From Candidatus Latescibacterota bacterium (GTDB lineage Bacteria; Krumholzibacteriota; Krumholzibacteriia; WVZY01; JAKEHA01): a DNA stretch of 64,000 nt. The stretch lies in NCBI GenBank assembly GCA_963707635.1, contig OY970173.1, positions 3,008,001-3,072,000 of the forward strand. The letters are read 5' to 3'. This document shows positions 57,756 to 64,000 of the stretch, piece by piece; the first letter of the stretch is position 1; each line of letters starts with the position of its first letter. The position numbers and the translations under genes were made by a program. The notes under the pieces are model-generated. The model ran no database searches. It had not been told where the DNA came from and saw only the letters and a list, made by a program, of their open reading frames with translations.

Positions 57756-59015
57756 TCACCCGGACGGCGCGCGCTCGTGGGCACCGGAACCGGGCACCAC
57801 CGTCGCGATTCGAAGCGCCCGCAGCATGAGTGCAGCGCTTCCGATCATGAGCAGCGACGCGCACAAGAACGCCGCCCCCGGGAAATGCACGGACGACGTC
57901 TCGGCGGAGAAATGCCCGAAGAGCTGCGTCATCAGCGGCGGACCCGCCACCGACGCGAGGCTGAAAAGACTCCCCACCGCGCCCTGGAGTTCCCCCTGGG
58001 CGTTGGCGGGAACCTGCTGCGACATGATCGCGTTCATCGACGGGTAGACGAGGCCGGCGAAGAGCCACGCCATCATCCACGCGAACATCATCCAGCCGCG
58101 GGTCGCAAAGGCGTAGCCGAGGTACCCGGTGGTGGCGCACGCGAGCCCGATCAACGCCGTGCGGCGTTCGCCGATGCGCGGGATCACGACGCGGGTGAGC
58201 ACGCCCTGGCTGGTCGCCATCATCAGCCCGACGAAGGCGAGCGAGCCGCCCACCATCGCCTCCGACCAGTGGAACTTGAACATCGTGTAGTACGACCACG
58301 TGGTCGGAAGCGCCTGGTGCCCGAGCTGCAGGAGGAAGATCGCCGCCGCCATTCCCGGAACGACCGGGTACTTCCGAATCTGGATCAGAGTGCCCAGCGG
58401 ATTCGCGCGCCCGATATGGAACGGGCGGCGCGATTCTTTCGGCAGCGATTCCGGCAGGACGAAGTAGCCGAAGGTCACGTTGGCGAGTGCCAGGCCCGCC
58501 GACGCGAAGAACGGCGTGCGGGGCCCCAACCCGCCCAGGAACCCGCCGATCGCCGGGCCGATGATGAAGCCGATACCGAACGCCACGCCCACCAGCCCGA
58601 AGTTCTGCGCGCGCTTCGCGGGCGGGCTCACGTCCGCGAGGTAGGCGTAGGCGGGGATGAACGACGCCCCCGCCATTCCCGCCAGCGCGCGCCCGAGGAA
58701 GAGCCACGAGAGCGTCGGGGCGAGTCCCATGACGATGTAGTCGATGCCGAGCGCGAAGAGCGAGAAGAGGATCACCGGCCGGCGCCCGAAGTGGTCGCTC
58801 AAACCCCCGAGCACCGGCGCGCAGAAGAGCTGCATGACCGCGTACGTGAACCCGAGCCAGCCGCCGTAGATCGCGGCCCGGCTCAAGCCCTCGCCGGTGA
58901 GCTGCATGATCAGCTCGGGGATGACGGGAACGATGATGCCGAGGCCGATCACGTCGACCAGCACGGCGATGAAAATGAACAGGACGGTGGTCTTGGCGGG
59001 TGGGGTGACGGTCAT
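57756..59015 (-). CDS. MFS transporter, TCR/Tet (DHA1) family
   Basis: D.IGLGII.PV.P, GGLSDHFGRRPV, GFIIGPAIGG, LPES, QGELQG. Confidence 0.92.
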   Translation of the reverse strand: MTVTPPAKTTVLFIFIAVLVDVIGLGIIVPVIPELIMQLTGEGLSRAAIYGGWLGFTYAVMQLFCAPVLGGLSDHFGRRPVILFSLFALGIDYIVMGLAPTLSWLFLGRALAGMAGASFIPAYAYLADVSPPAKRAQNFGLVGVAFGIGFIIGPAIGGFLGGLGPRTPFFASAGLALANVTFGYFVLPESLPKESRRPFHIGRANPLGTLIQIRKYPVVPGMAAAIFLLQLGHQALPTTWSYYTMFKFHWSEAMVGGSLAFVGLMMATSQGVLTRVVIPRIGERRTALIGLACATTGYLGYAFATRGWMMFAWMMAWLFAGLVYPSMNAIMSQQVPANAQGELQGAVGSLFSLASVAGPPLMTQLFGHFSAETSSVHFPGAAFLCASLLMIGSAALMLRALRIATVVPGSGAHERAPSG

Positions 59016-59062
59016 GGAGCGGTCATTCTACCCGCCGGCATTGATTCCCGCCAGCCCCGGCG

Positions 59063-59239
59063 TCAGTGGCGCCCGAGGGCTTTGCCCAGGTAGTAGGGCC
59101 AGATGGCCAGCGCGAGAAACGCCTTCGCATAGGGCAGATGGACATAACCGAGCGTGAACAGGTAGCCGATCAACCAGACCGGGCCTGCGATGCCGCTGAC
59201 ATCGACCTTGCGTGGGAAGTTTCTCTTCTCGTCTCCCAT
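59063..59239 (-). CDS. Small (58 aa) two-TM membrane protein
   Basis: CAGGAGG RBS, then MGDEKRNFPRKVDVSGIAGPVWLIGYLFTLGYVHLPYAKAFLALAIWPYYLGKALGRH. Below the ORF-track length cutoff. Confidence 0.75.
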   Translation of the reverse strand: MGDEKRNFPRKVDVSGIAGPVWLIGYLFTLGYVHLPYAKAFLALAIWPYYLGKALGRH

Positions 59240-59273
59240 TACCGACCTCCTGTGTTCACGGCACGCGACACCT

Positions 59274-60281
59274 TCACGGCACCCGGCGCTCGCTGTCCAG
59301 ATGTTTCATTTGATAGGGATCGTAGCGATCGCCCGCGGCCCCCTCCGGCGGAATCGCGCTCTCGATCTGCGCCAGATCTCCGGGCGTGAGCCGGAGCTCG
59401 AGTGCTCCCAGCGCTTCGGAGAATCGGTCGCGCCGGCGCGCGCCGACCAGCGGAACGATGTCGTCGCCGCGCGAGAGCACCCACGCGATCGCGACCTGCG
59501 CGACGGTGGCGCCCTTCGCCTTCGCCGCCGTGTCGAGCGCCTCGACGAGGCGGAGGTTGCGGTCCACGTTCGCCGGCTGGAACCGGGGCAGGAACGCGCG
59601 AAGGTCGCGCGGCCCGCTCGTGCGCTCCTTCGTCCAGTGGCCGCTCAAGAGCCCTCGCGACAGCACACCATACGCAGTGATGCCGACGCCCAGCTCGCGG
59701 CACGCGGGCAGGATGTGTGGTTCGATGCTCCGCGAAATGAGCGAGTACTCGATTTGCAGGTCGGCGATCGGATGAACCGCGTGCGCGCGGCGCACGGTCT
59801 CGGCCCCGGCTTCGGAGAGACCGATGTGGCGGACGTGGCCGGCCTTTATCATCTCCACGATGGCCCCGATCGTTTCCTCGATGGGCACCGCGGGGTCGAC
59901 CCGCCCGAGCCGGTAGATATCGACGTAGTCCGTCCCGAGGCGCGTGAGCGTGTAGGCGAGCGAGGTCTTGACTGCCGCGGGCCGTCCGTCGATGCCGATC
60001 CAGTTGCCGGCGACGTCGCGCATCGCGCCGAACTTGACGCTGATCACGACCTGGTCACGCCTGCGGCCGCGGAGCGCGTCGCGGATCAACAGCTCGTTGT
60101 GCCCCATGCCATAGTAGTCCCCGGTATCGAGCAGGTTGACGCCCGCATCCAGGGCGGCGTGGATGGTGGCGATGCTTTCTTTCTCGTCGGTGGGCGGACC
60201 GTACAGGTCCGACATGCCCATGCATCCCAGGCCGATCGCGGAAACCGCAGGTCCGTGTGTGCCGAGGGTTCGAGTTTTCAT
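59274..60281 (-). CDS. Aldo/keto reductase
   Basis: IGLGCMGMS, LDTGDYYG..HNE, IGLSE, LQIEYSL. Confidence 0.95.
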   Translation of the reverse strand: MKTRTLGTHGPAVSAIGLGCMGMSDLYGPPTDEKESIATIHAALDAGVNLLDTGDYYGMGHNELLIRDALRGRRRDQVVISVKFGAMRDVAGNWIGIDGRPAAVKTSLAYTLTRLGTDYVDIYRLGRVDPAVPIEETIGAIVEMIKAGHVRHIGLSEAGAETVRRAHAVHPIADLQIEYSLISRSIEPHILPACRELGVGITAYGVLSRGLLSGHWTKERTSGPRDLRAFLPRFQPANVDRNLRLVEALDTAAKAKGATVAQVAIAWVLSRGDDIVPLVGARRRDRFSEALGALELRLTPGDLAQIESAIPPEGAAGDRYDPYQMKHLDSERRVP

Positions 60282-60287
60282 GATGAA

Positions 60288-63200
60288 TCACTTCACCAGC
60301 ACGATTTTTTGCCGCTGCACGACTCCGGCCGCTTCGAACTGAACGTAGTATACGCCGCTGGCGACACGCGCGCCCCGGTCGTCGCGGCCGTCCCACGGCA
60401 CGGCGTGGGTTCCGGTGGCTCGATTCTCATCCACCAGCGCGCGCACCCGCGCGCCGCGCACATCGTACACGAACAGACGGACACGGCCCGCCTCGGGCAG
60501 ATCGAAGCCCAGCGTCGTCGACTGCGTGAACGGGCTCGGAAACGCGGGCCGGAGCGCGGCGGCCGCCGGGGGAGTGTCGTTCACGCCCGTGGGTCCTCCG
60601 GAGATACCGAGTGTGAGCGTGTAATTGCCCGTCTGATCCTGGCCGGCGTCCTCGACCACGATCGTATAGAACCCGTTGGCGCTGAGTAGCTGGTTGACGT
60701 TGTCGCTCGACGTCGAGGCGATCCACGGCCCCCCGCTGGGCGAGTACAGCCAGACCTGCGTGTCCATCGCTCCGGACGTAACGGTGGCAGTGATGTTGGC
60801 GGTCTGGCCGCTCTGCCCGAAAAACGTGTAGCCGTCCAGGTCGGCGACGGCGATGGCGGAGCCGTTGACGGGCGTATTCAGGCTGATGGGCCCGCCGTCG
60901 GTTTCGGCGCCGGTGGTGTAGGGACCGAACGACGAGTTCAAGAACGAAACGCTGTAGTCGCCCGCGGTGTCGTTCCCGTTGTCTTCGATCGCGATCGTCC
61001 ATGTGCCCGATGACGTCACCTGGTAGTCGAGCCGGTCCCCGGTCGCGTAGGTCGCAAGCGCGCCGCCCAGCGGCGGATACAGATAGATGGTCGTGTTGAA
61101 CCCGACGCCCCCGGTCGCAATGGCGCTGACGATCACCCGGCTGCCGTTGGTCGCCTGGAACTGGTAGGCATCGATGTCGGCCACGCCGCTCATCGTCCCC
61201 GTGCGGATGTCGTTCGATGCGATCGCGCCACCGTTGGCGTCGCTTCCGTCGGTGAGGGGGCCGCTGGTGGCGTTCACGAACGAAAGCGTGTACGTCCCCG
61301 TGTTGTCGTTGCCCGAGTCCTCGATCACGATCGTGTAGACTCCTGTCGTCAGGAGTTTCACGTCGAACCGGTTCGTTGAGCTGTACGCCTCGTACGCGCC
61401 CCCGCCTTGCGGGTACACCGACATGAGGGTATTGTGCGCGCCCGCGCCCGTCTCCACGCCCACCACGATCACCCGCTGGTTCGCCGATGCGTTGAACGTG
61501 TACGCGTCGAAGTCCACCCCCTGCTGGAATTGACCCGTCTTGATCTGATTCGAGAGAATCGACCCACCGTCCATGTCTCCCACATTGGTGCGCGGCCCCG
61601 ACGTCACATTCAACAAGGACATCGAGTAGTTCCCCGGGGTGTCGGTCGCGTTGTCCTCGATCAGGATCGACCACGTCCCCGTCGCCGTCAGCTGCACGTC
61701 CAGCCGGTCCCCCGTCGCGTACGTCAGGTACGCTCCCCCGCTGGGCGGATACAGAAAGATCGTCGTGTTGAACCCCGCGCCCCCCGTCGCCACCGCGTCG
61801 ATCAACACCCGGTTCCCGTTCGTCCCCGCAAACGTGAACACATCCATGTCCCCCACCCCGCTCATCGTCCCCGTCTTCACATCCGCCGAGACCATCGCTC
61901 CCCCGTCCAGGTCCCCACCGTCCGTGTACGGACCCGTCGTCACATCCACCATCGAGAGCGTGTACGTCCCCGCGTTGTCGTTGCCCACGTCCTCCACCAC
62001 GATCGTATACGTCCCCGTCTGCAACAGCTGCACGTCGAAATTGTTCGTCGAGCTGTACGCCTCGTACACACCCCCGCCCGGCGGATACACCGACATGAGG
62101 GTGTTGTGTCCCCCACCTCCCGTCTCCACCCCCGCAAACACCAGCCGGTGCCCCGCCGTCCCCGCGAACGTGAACGCGTCGAAGTCCACCCCCTGCTGGA
62201 ACTGACCCGTCACGATCTGGTTCGACACGATCACAGCCCCGTCCGTGTCACTCCCGTTCTCGTGCGGCCCCGACGTCACATTCAACAAGGACATCGAGTA
62301 GTCCCCCGGGGTGTCGGTCGCGTTGTCCTCGATCAGGATCGACCACGTCCCCGTCGCCGTCAGCTGCACGTCCAGCCGGTCCCCCGTCGCGTACGTCAGG
62401 TACGCTCCCCCGCTGGGCGGGTACAGAAAGATCGTCGTGTTGAACCCCGCGCCCCCCGTCGCCACCGCATCGATCAACACCCGGTTCCCGTTCGTCCCCG
62501 CAAACGTGAACACATCCATGTCCCCCACCCCGCTCATCGTCCCCGTCTTCACATCCGCCGAGACCATCGCTCCCCCGTCCAGGTCCCCACCGTCCGTGTA
62601 CGGACCCGTCGTCACATCCACCATCGAGAGCGTGTACGTCCCCGCGTTGTCGTTGCTCACGTCCTCCACCACAATCGTATACGTCCCCGTCTGCAACAGC
62701 TGCACGTCGAAATTGTTCGTCGAGCTGTACGCCTCGTACGCACCCCCGCCCGGCGGATACACCGACATGAGCGTGTTGTGTCCCCCGCCTCCCGTCTCCA
62801 CCCCCGCAAACACCAGCCGGTGACCCGCCGTCCCCGCGAACGTGAACGCGTCGAAGTCCACTCCCTGCTGGAACTGCCCCGCCACGATCTGGTTCGATAT
62901 GACCAACGCCCCGTCCGTGTCACTCCCGTTCTCGTGCGGCCCCGAGGTCACGTTCAAAAGCGACATCGAGTAGTCCCCGGGCGTATCGGTCGCGTTGTCC
63001 TCGATCAGGATCGACCACGTCCCCGTCGCCGTCAGCTGCACGTCCAACCGGTCCCCCGTCGCGTACGTCAGGTACGCACCCCCGCTGGGCGGGTACAAAA
63101 AGATCGTCGTGTTGAACCCCGCGCCCCCCGTCGCCACCGCATCGATCAACACCCGGTTCCCGTTCGTCCCCGCAAACGTGAACACGTCCATGTCCCCCAC

Positions 63201-64000
63201 CCCGCTCATCGTCCCCGTCTTCACGTCCGCCGAGGTCATCGCCCCGCCGTCCAGGTCTCCACCGTCCGTGTACGGGCCCGTCGTCACGTCCATCATCGAC
63301 AAGGTGTACGTCCCCGCGTTGTCGTTGCTCACGTCCTCCACCACAATCGTATACATCCCCGTCTGCGCCAGCTGCACATCGAACTGGTTCGTCGTGTTGT
63401 ACGACTCGTACACTCCCCCGCCCGGCGGATACACCGACATGAGCGTATTGTGGACTCCGCCTCCCGTCTCCACCCCCGCAAACACCAGCCGGTGACCCGC
63501 CGTCCCCGCGAACGTGAACGCATCGAAGTCCACCCCCTGCTGGAACTGCCCCGTCACGATCTGGTTCGACACGATCACAGCCCCGTCCGTGTCACTCCCG
63601 TTCTCGTGCGGCCCCGAGGTCACATTCAAGAGCGACATCGAGTAGTCCCCCGGCGTGTCGTTCGCGTTGTCCTCGATCAGGATCGTCCACGTCCCCGTCG
63701 CCGTCAGCTGCACGTCCAACCGGTCCCCCGTCGCGTACGTCAGGTACGCACCCCCGCTGGGCGGGTACAGAAAGATCGTCGTGTTGAACCCCGCTCCCCC
63801 CGTCGCCACCGCGTCGATCAACACCCGGTTCCCGTTCGTCCCCGCAAACGTGAACACATCCATGTCCCCCACCCCGCTCATCGTCCCCGTCTTCACATCC
63901 GCCGACACGATCGCTCCCCCATCCAGGTCCCCACCGTCCGTGTACGGTCCCGTCGTCACATCCACCATCGAGAGCGTGTATGTCCCCGCGTTGTCGTTGC
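60288..64000 (-). CDS. Very large secreted repeat protein (PPC-like beta-sandwich repeats) with C-terminal FlgD-Ig/T9SS-like domain; 5' end lies outside the window
   Basis: Open frame to the window edge. About 112-aa units D.D.FTF.G..G...G.(W/Y)TI..ED...G.Y. C-terminus FPSPF...VYDVRGARVR.L...WDGRD..G..VASGVY...KIVLVK. Confidence 0.88.
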   Translation of the reverse strand, partial: NDNAGTYTLSMVDVTTGPYTDGGDLDGGAIVSADVKTGTMSGVGDMDVFTFAGTNGNRVLIDAVATGGAGFNTTIFLYPPSGGAYLTYATGDRLDVQLTATGTWTILIEDNANDTPGDYSMSLLNVTSGPHENGSDTDGAVIVSNQIVTGQFQQGVDFDAFTFAGTAGHRLVFAGVETGGGVHNTLMSVYPPGGGVYESYNTTNQFDVQLAQTGMYTIVVEDVSNDNAGTYTLSMMDVTTGPYTDGGDLDGGAMTSADVKTGTMSGVGDMDVFTFAGTNGNRVLIDAVATGGAGFNTTIFLYPPSGGAYLTYATGDRLDVQLTATGTWSILIEDNATDTPGDYSMSLLNVTSGPHENGSDTDGALVISNQIVAGQFQQGVDFDAFTFAGTAGHRLVFAGVETGGGGHNTLMSVYPPGGGAYEAYSSTNNFDVQLLQTGTYTIVVEDVSNDNAGTYTLSMVDVTTGPYTDGGDLDGGAMVSADVKTGTMSGVGDMDVFTFAGTNGNRVLIDAVATGGAGFNTTIFLYPPSGGAYLTYATGDRLDVQLTATGTWSILIEDNATDTPGDYSMSLLNVTSGPHENGSDTDGAVIVSNQIVTGQFQQGVDFDAFTFAGTAGHRLVFAGVETGGGGHNTLMSVYPPGGGVYEAYSSTNNFDVQLLQTGTYTIVVEDVGNDNAGTYTLSMVDVTTGPYTDGGDLDGGAMVSADVKTGTMSGVGDMDVFTFAGTNGNRVLIDAVATGGAGFNTTIFLYPPSGGAYLTYATGDRLDVQLTATGTWSILIEDNATDTPGNYSMSLLNVTSGPRTNVGDMDGGSILSNQIKTGQFQQGVDFDAYTFNASANQRVIVVGVETGAGAHNTLMSVYPQGGGAYEAYSSTNRFDVKLLTTGVYTIVIEDSGNDNTGTYTLSFVNATSGPLTDGSDANGGAIASNDIRTGTMSGVADIDAYQFQATNGSRVIVSAIATGGVGFNTTIYLYPPLGGALATYATGDRLDYQVTSSGTWTIAIEDNGNDTAGDYSVSFLNSSFGPYTTGAETDGGPISLNTPVNGSAIAVADLDGYTFFGQSGQTANITATVTSGAMDTQVWLYSPSGGPWIASTSSDNVNQLLSANGFYTIVVEDAGQDQTGNYTLTLGISGGPTGVNDTPPAAAALRPAFPSPFTQSTTLGFDLPEAGRVRLFVYDVRGARVRALVDENRATGTHAVPWDGRDDRGARVASGVYYVQFEAAGVVQRQKIVLVK
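61570..64000. repeat. Intragenic tandem repeat, 672-bp period
   Basis: TCCCCCACCCCGCTCATCGTCCCCGTCTTCAC occurs at 61849, 62521, 63193 and 63865, with a diverged copy at 61177. Confidence 0.95.

Noticed and set aside
57756..59015. Acquired tetracycline resistance gene
   Set aside because: Generic chromosomal DHA1 transporter with host-like composition, no tetR and no mobile-element context.
61570..64000. CRISPR array or diversity-generating retroelement
   Set aside because: The repeats are 672-bp in-frame coding units without spacers. No cas or reverse transcriptase gene is present, and the differences do not look adenine-specific by eye.

Overview
GC-rich bacterial chromosomal window, densely coding and mostly on the minus strand. 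I see no rRNA, tRNA, CRISPR array, transposase or integrase. Two secreted proteins end in FlgD-Ig/T9SS-like C-terminal domains, which suggests an FCB-superphylum candidate lineage such as Krumholzibacteriota, Latescibacterota or Eisenbacteria (inference only). Housekeeping and envelope genes include rarA (partial), a glpX-like gene with a degenerate catalytic motif, pyrE, menG/ubiE, an M16 peptidase pair, a prolyl oligopeptidase, two site-2 proteases and a PEP-CTERM protein. An 11-gene minus-strand run (about 16.9-28.6 kb) starts with an ArsS-family radical SAM gene, followed by three glycosyltransferases and DUF547. A TPP riboswitch precedes thiO-thiS-thiG-thiE-thiE, with thiD and a CADD-family enzyme nearby. 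A giant secreted protein with near-identical 672-bp tandem repeats runs off the right end. The most notable locus is a five-gene operon at 42.4-49.5 kb behind a consensus sigma-54 promoter. It encodes a His-rich membrane protein, a membrane-anchored, circularly permuted TrxB-like flavoprotein with 2x[4Fe-4S], 20-heme and 16-heme cytochromes c, and an outer-membrane beta-barrel. It is a candidate NAD(P)H-to-cell-surface electron conduit. Two nearby single-base frameshifts (acyl-CoA synthetase and the beta-barrel) may be assembly errors. All product calls come from motif recognition by eye; no database searches were run.
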